From NCBI GenBank assembly GCA_041640435.1, contig JBEQAH010000002.1, forward strand, positions 1 to 34,743: a stretch of DNA of 34,743 nucleotides. The letters run 5' to 3'. This DNA is from a bacterium (GTDB lineage: Bacteria > Sysuimicrobiota > Sysuimicrobiia > Sysuimicrobiales > Sysuimicrobiaceae). Below the pieces are notes generated by a model. It searched no databases. It worked only from the letters and a program-made list of their open reading frames with translations, and was not told the DNA's origin. Numbering within the stretch: the first letter of the stretch is position 1; every line of letters begins with the position of its first letter. Shown piece after piece: positions 26,668-34,743 of this stretch. Both the position numbers and the translations under genes were made by a program.

Positions 26668-28056
26668 GTGCACGCGGTGGTGCAAGCCCTCCTCCACGCC
26701 CTGGGGTCGGACCGGGTCTCCACCGTGGAGTCGGTGCTGGACCAGCACGGCGGGGACGAGGGCTACCCCGAGCGGCGCCGGCCCCTTGCGGTGGCTTTCG
26801 CGGAGTCTACGGAGGACGTGCGGGCAACCCTGGCTGTCGCCCGCACCTTCGGAGTCCCGGTCATCCCGTACGGAGCCGGGAGCAGCCTGGAAGGCGCCCT
26901 GGTCCCGCTCGGCGAGGCCATCAGCCTGGATTTGAGCCGCATGAACCGCCTGCTGGACGTCCGCCCGCAGGACTTCCTGGCGGTGGTGGAACCCGGGCTT
27001 ACGCACACCGCCCTGAACCGGGCCCTGCGCCGGTACGGGCTGTTCTTCCCCGTAGACCCGGGTGCGGACGCCTCCCTGGGTGGGATGGCGGCCACCAACG
27101 CCTCAGGGACCACCACGGTGCGCTACGGCGGCATGCGGCACAACGTCCTGGGCCTGCAGGTGGTGCTCGCGGACGGCCAGGTCCTGGAGCTGGGCCGCCC
27201 CGTGCGCAAGACCAGCTCGGGGTACGACCTGAAGGACCTGTTCATCGGTTCGGAGGGCACGCTGGGTGTGATCACGCAACTTACCCTGCGGCTGCACCCC
27301 CTGCCCGCACACGTCCACACCGCCCGGGCTTTCTTCCCCTCCGTCGAGCGGGCGTCGCAGGCTGCCTATGAGGTGATGGCGGCGGGACTTCCCGTGGCGC
27401 GCCTGGAGCTGGTGGATGACCTGAGCCTGCGCGCGCTCAACGCGTTCCTGGGGCGCGCGGACCCTGAACAGCCGGCCCTGTTCTTCGAGTTCCACTCCTC
27501 CACGGAAGCCGCCCTACAGGCGGAGGTGAAGGCCGTGGTGGATGTGTGCCGCCAGAACGGGGCCCACCAGGTGGATTCTGCGCACACCCAGGAGGAGCGC
27601 AGCGCCCTGTGGGAGGCCAGGCACAAGGCGTACTGGGCCATGACGCACGCGCACCCCGGGTGTGCCTTCCTGACCACGGACGTAGCAGTACCCCTCTCGC
27701 GGCTGCCCGAGCTGGTGGCGTTCGCCCACGGGCTGCTCCAGGAGATGGACCTGGCAGGTGGAATCGTGGGACATGTGGGGGACGGCAACTTTCACGTGCT
27801 GGTGGCCACCCCCAAGGACCGCTACGATGTCGCTGAGGCCTACAGCGAGCGTCTGGTCCGGCGCGCTCTGGAGGTGGGGGGGACGGCCACCGGAGAGCAC
27901 GGTGTCGGCCTGCGCAAGCGCAAGTTCCTCGCCGCCGAACACGGCCCGGCCCTGGAATGGATGCGGCGGCTCAAGACCTTGCTGGACCCGCAGGGGCTGT
28001 TGAACCCTGGCAAGGGGCCCGCCGGAGACGTTGTCGGGGGACAGCCGCTGCGCTAG
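26668..28056 (+). CDS. FAD-linked oxidase, D-lactate / D-2-hydroxyacid dehydrogenase (GlcD paralogue)
   Basis: GTG 26668 follows AGGAGGAG. Translation VIPYGAGSSLEGALVP, GGMAATNASGTTTVRYGGM, GYDLKDLFIGSEGTLGVIT and GTATGEHGVGLRKRKFL. Confidence 0.85.
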   Translation: MHAVVQALLHALGSDRVSTVESVLDQHGGDEGYPERRRPLAVAFAESTEDVRATLAVARTFGVPVIPYGAGSSLEGALVPLGEAISLDLSRMNRLLDVRPQDFLAVVEPGLTHTALNRALRRYGLFFPVDPGADASLGGMAATNASGTTTVRYGGMRHNVLGLQVVLADGQVLELGRPVRKTSSGYDLKDLFIGSEGTLGVITQLTLRLHPLPAHVHTARAFFPSVERASQAAYEVMAAGLPVARLELVDDLSLRALNAFLGRADPEQPALFFEFHSSTEAALQAEVKAVVDVCRQNGAHQVDSAHTQEERSALWEARHKAYWAMTHAHPGCAFLTTDVAVPLSRLPELVAFAHGLLQEMDLAGGIVGHVGDGNFHVLVATPKDRYDVAEAYSERLVRRALEVGGTATGEHGVGLRKRKFLAAEHGPALEWMRRLKTLLDPQGLLNPGKGPAGDVVGGQPLR

Positions 28057-28096
28057 GCTAGTGGGTTGCGAATCGAACTTGTGGGAGGTGAGGCGG

Positions 28097-28912
28097 ATGA
28101 GGCGGCTGCTGGCGGCGTTGTGCGGGGTGCTCCTCGTAGCCGGGATCGCAGCCGCGGCGGGCACGCTCGACGCGGTCCGGCAGCGGGGCGTCTTGGTGGT
28201 GGGCGTGAAGGCGGACTTTCCGCCCTTTGGGTTCGTGGACGAGCGAGCCCAGCTCCAGGGCTTCGACATCGATCTGAGCCGCGAGATCGCCCGCATCATC
28301 CTCGGCAGCCCCGACCGGGTGCGCCTGGTGACGGTGACCTCCGCGAACCGAATCCCCATGCTGCAAACGGCGCAGATCGACGCGGTGGTGGCCACCATGA
28401 CCATCACCCGGGCCCGCAAACAGGTGGTGGACTTTAGCGTTCCGTACTTCTGCTCGGGACACTTGATCCTGGTCCGGCGGGACAACACCACCATTACCAG
28501 GTTCACCGACCTGAACGGGAAGCGGGTGGCGACGGTGCAAGGATCCACAGGCGACCGGGTCGTGGCCGCCTTGGCGCCGCAGGCGCAGCGCATCACCTTC
28601 GGCCAGAACTCTGAGGCCCTCCTGGCTCTCAAGGACGGCCGCGCGGAGGCGTTCGTGCAGGATGACGTGCTGCTGCTGGCCTTCGCCAAGCAGGACAGCA
28701 CGCTGAAGGTGGTGGGCTGGCCGCCGCAGATGCCCGGGCCCTACGGGATCGGCGTCCGCAAGGGCGACACCGACCTGCTGGCAGCCATCAACGTGGCCCT
28801 GGCCCGGCTCCGCGCCCAGGGGGTCCACGGCAAGCTCGTGGCCAAGTGGTTCGGGGAGGTGGCGAACCAGCTCCTCCCGGCGAACAAGTGCCCCCTGGAG
28901 CTCACCCTTTAG
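28097..28912 (+). CDS. polar amino-acid ABC transporter substrate-binding protein
   Basis: ATG 28097 follows GGGAGGTGAGG. Signal peptide MRRLLAALCGVLLVAGIAAAAG, then GVKADFPPFGF, GFDIDLSREIA and TMTITRARKQVVDFSVPYF (SBP_bac_3 pattern). Confidence 0.85.
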   Translation: MRRLLAALCGVLLVAGIAAAAGTLDAVRQRGVLVVGVKADFPPFGFVDERAQLQGFDIDLSREIARIILGSPDRVRLVTVTSANRIPMLQTAQIDAVVATMTITRARKQVVDFSVPYFCSGHLILVRRDNTTITRFTDLNGKRVATVQGSTGDRVVAALAPQAQRITFGQNSEALLALKDGRAEAFVQDDVLLLAFAKQDSTLKVVGWPPQMPGPYGIGVRKGDTDLLAAINVALARLRAQGVHGKLVAKWFGEVANQLLPANKCPLELTL

Positions 28913-28930
28913 CCGCGGCTTCCCACGACC

Positions 28931-29602
28931 ATGCCGGGCCCCGCGCAGTTCTGGTTGGAGTCCCTGCCGGCCCTGCTGCGCGGGGCGCTTTTGACCCTCC
29001 AGGTGTCGGGGCTCTCCATCGTCCTGGCGAGCCTGCTGGGTGTGGCCGTGGCCGCCTGCCGGACCGCACCTGTGCCCTTGCTCCGCTGGGCTGGTGCGGC
29101 CTACGTGGAAGTGTTCCGGAATACACCGCTCCTGGTGCAGATCTTCTTCGTGTTCTTCGGGCTGCCACGGCTTGGGCTGCGGCTTTCCCCCTTCCAGTCC
29201 GGGCTCGCAGCCCTTTCGCTGTACACGGCGGCGTACAACGCGGAGGTGTTCCGCGCGGGGCTGGAGGCGGTGCCCCGGGGCCTGCGGGAGGCTGCGGCCG
29301 CCCTGGGTCTGAGCCCGTGGCAGCGGTTCCGCCACGTCATCCTTCCCCTCGCTGTCCGGATCAGCCTGCCCGCCTTGGGCAACAACTTCGTCGCCCTAGT
29401 GAAGAACTCCTCACTGGTGTCCACCATCGGGATGGTGGAGCTCACCTTCGTGGCCCGGGACCTGGAAGCGTGGACGTTCCGGAGCTTCGAGGTCTACGGG
29501 GCGGCGACGCTGCTGTACCTCGGGCTCGTGCTGGCCCTGGCCTGGGGCCTGCGGGGTGTGGAGGCCCGCACCCTCGCGTACCTCCGGCCGCGGGCGAGGT
29601 GA
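28931..29602 (+). CDS. amino-acid ABC transporter permease (His/Glu/Gln/Arg/opine family)
   Basis: Translation FRNTPLLVQIFFVFFGLP and the EAA-like loop EAAAALGLSPWQRFRHVILP. Confidence 0.85.
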   Translation: MPGPAQFWLESLPALLRGALLTLQVSGLSIVLASLLGVAVAACRTAPVPLLRWAGAAYVEVFRNTPLLVQIFFVFFGLPRLGLRLSPFQSGLAALSLYTAAYNAEVFRAGLEAVPRGLREAAAALGLSPWQRFRHVILPLAVRISLPALGNNFVALVKNSSLVSTIGMVELTFVARDLEAWTFRSFEVYGAATLLYLGLVLALAWGLRGVEARTLAYLRPRAR

Positions 29603-29605
29603 GCC

Positions 29606-30256
29606 GTGCGCTGGGACGTGGTGGCGGCCAACGCGACATACCTGCTGGAGGGCCTGCGGGGCACGGTGGCGCTGGGCCTGCTGGTGATGGCCCTCGGCAC
29701 CGTGCTCGGGTTTGGGGTCGGCCTCGCCCGGCTGGGCCGGGGGGTGCTGTACGCCTGCGCCACGGGGTTCGTAGAGCTGTTCCGGGACACCCCGCTCATC
29801 ATGCAGATCTTCTTCATCTTCTTCGGCCTGCCCGCCCTGGGGATCCGGTTGAACCCCTTCGTGGCCGCCGCCGCGGCCATGACCTTCTTCGCCGCGGCGA
29901 ACACCGCGGAGATCGTGCGGGGAGCCATCCAGTCCATCCCCCGCGGGCAGTGGGAGGCGGCGCGTTCCCTGGGCCTTTCGCCCGCACAATCCCTCCGGTG
30001 GGTTATCCTGCCCCAGGCCCTGCGCCGCATGTTGCCGCCCATGATGGGTCTGTTCACCACCCTGTTGAAGGACACGTCCCTGGCGGCCATCGTGAACGTG
30101 TTCGAGCTCACCACCGCCGGCCGGCGCGTGGTGGAGCGCACACTGGCGTCCTTTGAGATCTGGCTCGTGGTGGCCGCCCTGTACTTCCTCGTGTGCTACC
30201 CGCTCTCCGTGGCCACCCAGCGGCTGGAGCGCCGGCTCGTGGCGGAGACGGCATGA
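29606..30256 (+). CDS. amino-acid ABC transporter permease, second subunit
   Basis: GTG at 29606. Translation [18 protein letters not shown] and [22 protein letters not shown]. The stop overlaps the ATPase start as ATGA. Confidence 0.85.
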   Translation: MRWDVVAANATYLLEGLRGTVALGLLVMALGTVLGFGVGLARLGRGVLYACATGFVELFRDTPLIMQIFFIFFGLPALGIRLNPFVAAAAAMTFFAAANTAEIVRGAIQSIPRGQWEAARSLGLSPAQSLRWVILPQALRRMLPPMMGLFTTLLKDTSLAAIVNVFELTTAGRRVVERTLASFEIWLVVAALYFLVCYPLSVATQRLERRLVAETA

Positions 30257-30999
30257 CGGCGCGAGGCGACCCCATCATCCAGCTCACCGACGTGCACAAA
30301 TGGTTCGGCCGGTTGCACGTGCTGCGAGGCATCGACCTGGAGGTCTGGCCCGGCGAGGTGGTGGTGGTGTGCGGACCCTCGGGGTCCGGTAAGTCTACCC
30401 TGATCCGCTGCATCAACCGGCTGGAACGGCACGACCGCGGCCGCATCGTGGTGGACGGCATCGAGCTCACCGACGACCTCCGGCACGTGGACGCGGTGCG
30501 GCGCGAGGTGGGCATGGTCTTCCAACAATTTAACCTGTTCCCCCACCTCACGGTCCTGCAGAACATCACCCTCGCCCCCACGCTGGTGCGCAAGTGGCCC
30601 CGGCAGCAGGCGGAGCGGGTGGCGCGAGAACTGCTCGAGCGGGTGGGGATCCCCGAGAAGGCCGAGAGCTACCCCTCCCAGTTGTCCGGCGGCCAGCAGC
30701 AGCGGGTCGCCATCGCTCGGGCCCTCGCCATGCAGCCCAAGATCATGCTGTTCGACGAGCCCACCTCCGCCCTGGACCCCGAGATGATCCAGGAGGTCCT
30801 GGATGTGATGCGAGACCTGGCCCGCCGGGGAATGACCATGGTGGTGGTCACCCACGAGATGGGGTTCGCCCGCGAGGTGGCCGACCGCATCGTGTTCATG
30901 GACGAGGGAACCGTGGTGGAAGCCGCACCGCCCCACGCCTTCTTCTCCAACCCCCGCCACGAGCGCACACGGGCGTTCCTCTCGAAGATCCTCCGCTAA
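30253..30999 (+). CDS. amino-acid ABC transporter ATP-binding protein
   Basis: Starts at ATG 30253. Walker [10 protein letters not shown], signature [15 protein letters not shown], Walker [13 protein letters not shown]-loop VVVTHEM. Confidence 0.9.
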   Translation: MTARGDPIIQLTDVHKWFGRLHVLRGIDLEVWPGEVVVVCGPSGSGKSTLIRCINRLERHDRGRIVVDGIELTDDLRHVDAVRREVGMVFQQFNLFPHLTVLQNITLAPTLVRKWPRQQAERVARELLERVGIPEKAESYPSQLSGGQQQRVAIARALAMQPKIMLFDEPTSALDPEMIQEVLDVMRDLARRGMTMVVVTHEMGFAREVADRIVFMDEGTVVEAAPPHAFFSNPRHERTRAFLSKILR

Positions 31000-31009
31000 G
31001 CGGGCCTCG

Positions 31010-32494
31010 TCAGCTCCGCGCCCGGGTGTGCACCACGCGCGCGAGGGAACGCTCCAGCCACGCCTCCCGACCGTCCACGCGGACCCGCACGCCGTTCTCG
31101 CTGCGCTGCACCACCTCCAGCACGACCCCGGGCCGGATTCCAAGAGCCTCCAGCGCCCGCAGCCGTGTGGGGTCTTCGTCCTCCACTTCCTGGACTTCCA
31201 CCACCTCACCATCTCCCCGCTCGCTCAGCGGCACCGAAACGGCGGCCTCACCGGGCGGGATGGGCGATCCGTGCGGGTCTTGCAGCGGGAAGCCCAGCGC
31301 TTCGTCCAAGCGATCCGCGAGCTCTGCCGGGCTCAGGTGTTCCAGGCGCTCCGCCTCGGCGTGCACCTCGGCCCAAGACAGCCCGGCCTGGTCCACCAGA
31401 TACCGCTCCCACAGTCGGTGCGAGCGCACCAGCTCCAGGGCCCGCGCCCGTCCGGCCTTGCTCAGAACCGCCCGGGCCCCGTCGGAGCGCACCAGCCCCT
31501 GGGCCTGAAGCGCCCGCAACAACCGACGCACCCGGCGGGCCGGAAGCCCCACGCGCTCCGACAGCTGGTCCACCGGCGCGCCCGCTTCTCCGTATGCGTA
31601 GGCGTGCTTGAGCAGGTCCTCCAGCGCCCGATCCCGGGCCAGACGACGCCGGCGCACCCATTCCCACACCACGCCCTCTCGGGGGCTCGCCAGCACCGCA
31701 ACTCCAAACAGCACGGTCGCCACCAGCACCATGGTGGCACCCGACGCCACGTTCAGAAAATAGGACAGGTACAGCCCGGTGACCGTGGAGGCCACGCCCA
31801 CGCCTACCGCCACCCCCAGCATGCGGGACATGCGGTCTGTGAGGAGGAACGCCACCGCGCCGGGAGTGATGAGCATGGCGACCACGAGTACGATGCCCAC
31901 CGTCTGCAACGACGCCACGATGGTCATAGACAGGAGCAACATCAGGGTGTAGTGGAGGATCCCCGTGGGCAGGCCCATGGCCGCGGCGGCCACCGGGTCG
32001 AAGGTCCACAGGAGCAGTTCCTTGTACAGGAGGAACACCACCGCCAACACCACGGCGCCCGTCAGCCCGGTGATCCACAGGTCCAGGTCCGACACGCCCA
32101 GCACGTTGCCGAACAGGATGTGGAACAGGTCCACCGCCTTGCTGCGAATCCGGCTCACCAGCACGAACCCCAGCGCGAAGGCGCCCGTGAAGACGATCCC
32201 CATCGCGGAGTCCTCCTTGATCCGCGTGTGCCGCTCCACTGCGGAGATCCCCAGGGCCGTGAGGACTCCTGTGGTCACCGCGCCCACAAAGAACGGCAAC
32301 CCGAGCAGGTACGCAAGGGCCACGCCCGGGAGGACCGCGTGCGAGATGGCGTCCCCCAGCAGCGCCCACCGCTTCACCAGCAGGTAGCAGCTCAGGACCG
32401 CGCAGATGGCGCCTACCAGCACCGAGGCCACGAGCGCCCTCTGCATGAACGCGTACTGCATCGGCCCCACGATCCACTCCGCCACCCAGGTCAT
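31010..32494 (-). CDS. metal (Mn/Zn/Fe) ABC-3 family permease fused to a C-terminal DtxR/MntR-like module (wHTH + dimerisation/metal-binding + FeoA-like domain)
   Basis: The ATG at 32494 overlaps the upstream ATPase stop as ATGA. Residues 1 to about 285 form an ABC-3 permease (LLGDAISHAVLPGVA, LITPGA). The rest reads VDQLSERVGLPARRVRRLLRALQAQGLV ... SHRLWERYL ... VHAEAERLEH ... DPHGSPIP ... VVEVQEVEDEDPTRLRALEALGIRPG. This matches, domain by domain, the free regulator at 34145..34743. The 146-codon Gly/Pro/Arg-rich extension of ORF 31010..32932 was discarded. Confidence 0.85.
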   Translation of the reverse strand: MTWVAEWIVGPMQYAFMQRALVASVLVGAICAVLSCYLLVKRWALLGDAISHAVLPGVALAYLLGLPFFVGAVTTGVLTALGISAVERHTRIKEDSAMGIVFTGAFALGFVLVSRIRSKAVDLFHILFGNVLGVSDLDLWITGLTGAVVLAVVFLLYKELLLWTFDPVAAAAMGLPTGILHYTLMLLLSMTIVASLQTVGIVLVVAMLITPGAVAFLLTDRMSRMLGVAVGVGVASTVTGLYLSYFLNVASGATMVLVATVLFGVAVLASPREGVVWEWVRRRRLARDRALEDLLKHAYAYGEAGAPVDQLSERVGLPARRVRRLLRALQAQGLVRSDGARAVLSKAGRARALELVRSHRLWERYLVDQAGLSWAEVHAEAERLEHLSPAELADRLDEALGFPLQDPHGSPIPPGEAAVSVPLSERGDGEVVEVQEVEDEDPTRLRALEALGIRPGVVLEVVQRSENGVRVRVDGREAWLERSLARVVHTRARS

Positions 32495-33252
32495 GGGCCC
32501 ACCACCATCCTCTGGTCGGCGACGTCCAGGAGGGTCAGGCGGCCTCCGTAGGTCCGCTGCAACAGCCGGGGCTGGAACACCTCCTGGGGCGGGCCGTAGG
32601 CCACCACGCGCTGGTTCAGCAGGAGCAGCCGGTCGAAGGCGGTCTGCGCCCGGCTCAGGTCGTGGGTGGCCACCACCACCGTCCGCCCTTCCTGGCGGAA
32701 GTCCTCCAGCATTCGGTAGATGGTCTCCTCCGTGGCAGCGTCCACGCCCACAAACGGCTCGTCCAGCAGCAGCAGGTCTGCCTCCTGGGCCAACGCCCGG
32801 GCCAGGAACACCCGCTGCTGCTGTCCGCCCGACAGCTGCCCGATCTGCCGCTGCGCGTACGCCTCCATGCCCACCCGCTGCAGGCACTCCCGCGCCACAC
32901 CGCGGTCCTCGGGCCTCGGCCTCCGCACCCACCCCACGTGGGGGAAGCGGCCCATGAGCACCACTTCTTCCACCACCACCGGGTAGTCCCAGTCCACCTC
33001 GCTGCGCTGCGGCACGTACGCCACCCTCCGCCGCACGGCCTCGGGCGGCTCCCCGAACAGCTCCACCCGGCCCGCGTCCGGCACCAGCAGCCCCACCAGG
33101 GCGCGCAGCAGGGTAGATTTCCCGGCGCCGTTGGGCCCGATGAGGCCGACCCGCAGCCCACGTTCCACAGCCACGGTGACGTTGCGCACCGCGGGCTTGC
33201 CCCGGTACGACACGGTGAGGTTCTGCACCCGGATCGCCGGAACTTCGTTCAT
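32491..33252 (-). CDS. metal ABC transporter ATP-binding protein (MntB/ZnuC/TroB type)
   Basis: Walker A GPNGAGKST, signature [15 protein letters not shown], Walker B LLLDEPFVGVD. There are 4-nt overlaps with both neighbours. Confidence 0.9.
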   Translation of the reverse strand: MNEVPAIRVQNLTVSYRGKPAVRNVTVAVERGLRVGLIGPNGAGKSTLLRALVGLLVPDAGRVELFGEPPEAVRRRVAYVPQRSEVDWDYPVVVEEVVLMGRFPHVGWVRRPRPEDRGVARECLQRVGMEAYAQRQIGQLSGGQQQRVFLARALAQEADLLLLDEPFVGVDAATEETIYRMLEDFRQEGRTVVVATHDLSRAQTAFDRLLLLNQRVVAYGPPQEVFQPRLLQRTYGGRLTLLDVADQRMVVGP

Positions 33253-34148
33253 CGCAACGCCTCCACGATGGCCCGCACGTTGTGCCGCATCATCTTCACG
33301 TAGGTGTCCGCGTCGCTGCCGGCCGGGCCCAGGGAGTCACCATACAGCTTCCCCCCGATCCGGACCCCCGCTTCCCGCGCGACGCGCTCCATCAGCTTCG
33401 GGTTGATGGTGGTCTCCACGAACACCGCCGGGACCCCGTGCGCCCGGATCCGGTCCACCAGCCGCGCGATCTCCTGCGCGGACGGCTCGTCTTCCGTGCT
33501 GATGCCCCAGATGGTGCCCACCACCTGGAAGCCGTACCGCTGGCCGAAGTAGCGGAAGGCGTCGTGAGTGGTGACCAGCTTGCGCCGGTGCGGGGGGATC
33601 CGCGCCACCTGCTCCTTGATCCACCCGTGCAGAGCGTCCAGCTCTCCCAGGTAGCGGTTCGCGTTGCGTTCGTACGTGGCGCGTCCTGGGGGATCGAACG
33701 CCACGAGGGCATCCCGGGCGTTCTCCACGTACTTCTTGGCGAACAACGGATCCATCCACAGGTGCGGGTCCGGGTCCCCGCGGTAACGCCCCTCCCCTTG
33801 GATGGCCGGGCGCAGACCTCGGGTGAGCTCCACGGACACGCGGCGGCCCCCCGCATTCTCCAGGAGCTCCTCCAACCACTTGTCCAGGCCCAACCCGTTG
33901 TAGAACACGATCTGCGACTCCGCCACCCGCTGGACGTCCCGGGGTACGGGCTCGTAGGTGTGTGGGTCTCCGCCCACGGGGATCAGGCTCGTCACTTCCA
34001 CGCGCTCGCCAGCCACGCGCGCCACAAAGTCCGCCAGGATGTTGATGGTGGCCACCGCCTTCGGCCGCCCGCCACCGGGCGCAGGCGCCGCGACGCACCC
34101 TGCGAGCAGGGACCCCACCACCACCCACGCCGCAACGGCGTGCCTCAT
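33249..34148 (-). CDS. metal ABC transporter substrate-binding lipoprotein (TroA/MntA/ZnuA cluster A-I family)
   Basis: Lipobox LLAGC, then GGDPHTYEP, DPHLWMDP, VTTHDAFRYF and VFVETTINPKL. Confidence 0.9.
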   Translation of the reverse strand: MRHAVAAWVVVGSLLAGCVAAPAPGGGRPKAVATINILADFVARVAGERVEVTSLIPVGGDPHTYEPVPRDVQRVAESQIVFYNGLGLDKWLEELLENAGGRRVSVELTRGLRPAIQGEGRYRGDPDPHLWMDPLFAKKYVENARDALVAFDPPGRATYERNANRYLGELDALHGWIKEQVARIPPHRRKLVTTHDAFRYFGQRYGFQVVGTIWGISTEDEPSAQEIARLVDRIRAHGVPAVFVETTINPKLMERVAREAGVRIGGKLYGDSLGPAGSDADTYVKMMRHNVRAIVEALR

Positions 34149-34743
34149 CGCCTCACCTCCCGGACGAAGACTCCCTCCGCGGACCGCAGGGAGAGGGTGT
34201 GAGTCGCCGCTCCCGCCTGCACCGTCACCGTGCCCCGAGACCGCCGCAGTACCCGCACCTCGGCGCCGGGCAGCAGCGCCAGAGACGCCAGCCTCCGCAA
34301 GCGCGTGGGGTCGCTGTCGCTCACCCGCTCCACCCGGAAGGTGGGGCCCGGGGGCGCTTCAGAGAGCCGGGGGTGGCGCTGCTCGCGCAGCTCGCCATCC
34401 CGGCTGGGGATGGGGTCCCCGTGGGGATCGGCCTCCGGCTGCCCCAACGCCTGCGCGATGCGCTCCTCCAGGGCCTCCGAGAGCACGTGCTCCAGACGTT
34501 CCGCCTCCCGGTGCGCCTCCTCGATGGGGACCCCCAGCTTCGCGGTGAGGTACAGCTCCAGCAGCCGGTGGTGCCGGATCACCTTCAGCGCCGCCCGCTC
34601 GCCGTCTGGGGTGAGGCGAACACCCCGGTAGGGCGCGTGGCGCACGAGTCCGCGGGCGCTCATGCGGCGCAGCATCTTGGTCACCGAGGCGGGAGCCACC
34701 CGCATGAGGGACGCGATGGCGTTTGTGGACACGGGCTGGCCGG
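34145..34743 (-). CDS. mntR: DtxR/MntR-family metal-dependent transcriptional regulator (N-terminus beyond window end)
   Basis: The frame is open to nt 34743 (...GQPVSTNAIASLMRVAPASVTKMLRRMSARGLV). Translation RHHRLLELYL, AHREAERLEH and DPHGDPIP, with a FeoA/SH3-like C-terminus. The stop overlaps the binding-protein start as ATGA. Confidence 0.85.
   Translation of the reverse strand, partial: GQPVSTNAIASLMRVAPASVTKMLRRMSARGLVRHAPYRGVRLTPDGERAALKVIRHHRLLELYLTAKLGVPIEEAHREAERLEHVLSEALEERIAQALGQPEADPHGDPIPSRDGELREQRHPRLSEAPPGPTFRVERVSDSDPTRLRRLASLALLPGAEVRVLRRSRGTVTVQAGAATHTLSLRSAEGVFVREVRR

Noticed and set aside
32495-32932. A 146-codon N-terminal extension of the permease-DtxR ORF (MGAEAEARGPRCGAG...).
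   Set aside because: It lies entirely inside the upstream ATPase gene in another frame and is Gly/Pro/Arg low-complexity. The ATG at 32494 forms an ATGA overlap with the ATPase stop, and the ABC-3 permease homology begins there.

Overview
Very GC-rich chromosomal segment: third codon positions are almost all G/C, GGAGG Shine-Dalgarno sites are strong, and many neighbouring genes overlap by 4 nt (ATGA/GTGA). I call about 36 protein genes and one tRNA. I saw no transposase, integrase, phage gene, CRISPR array or recognisable defence gene, so this looks like core metabolism and transport with a few odd loci. Gene order: hemE (5' partial) and hemH; an MFS exporter (-); a CitE/HpcH-type lyase; the minus-strand glycolate/glyoxylate block aceB-glcD-glcE-glcF; a divergent IclR regulator followed by a Tat-exported TRAP transporter (dctPQM-like); glgA plus a GalT-like HIT transferase (-); a 530-nt lower-GC intergenic region with a perfect 13-bp tandem repeat and a 28-codon membrane micro-ORF; a membrane HD-GYP protein overlapping a DUF5317-like::SPOR fusion gene; a minus-strand block of GT4 glycosyltransferase, MBL-fold hydrolase, GT-A glycosyltransferase and glycerate 2-kinase; a decayed zone around tRNA-Gly(CCC), holding a possible TSUP remnant, a DUF364 ORF that runs antisense into the tRNA, and an SDR with a clean in-frame deletion of its catalytic core; MaoC dehydratase and a FAD-linked D-2-hydroxyacid/D-lactate dehydrogenase; a polar amino-acid ABC transporter; and a Mn/Zn (TroA/MntABC-type) uptake operon with its DtxR/MntR regulator (partial at the 3' edge). 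The three most interesting candidates are these. (1) The metal ABC permease carries a complete DtxR-like wHTH-dimerisation-FeoA module fused to its C-terminus, in an operon that also encodes a free DtxR/MntR paralogue. (2) The GT4/MBL/GT-A/glycerate-kinase block could be an uncharacterised glycosyl-glycerate type solute pathway. (3) The micro-ORF / HD-GYP / DUF5317::SPOR locus sits behind a long structured leader. All functional calls rest on motif recognition in the supplied translations; no database search was possible.
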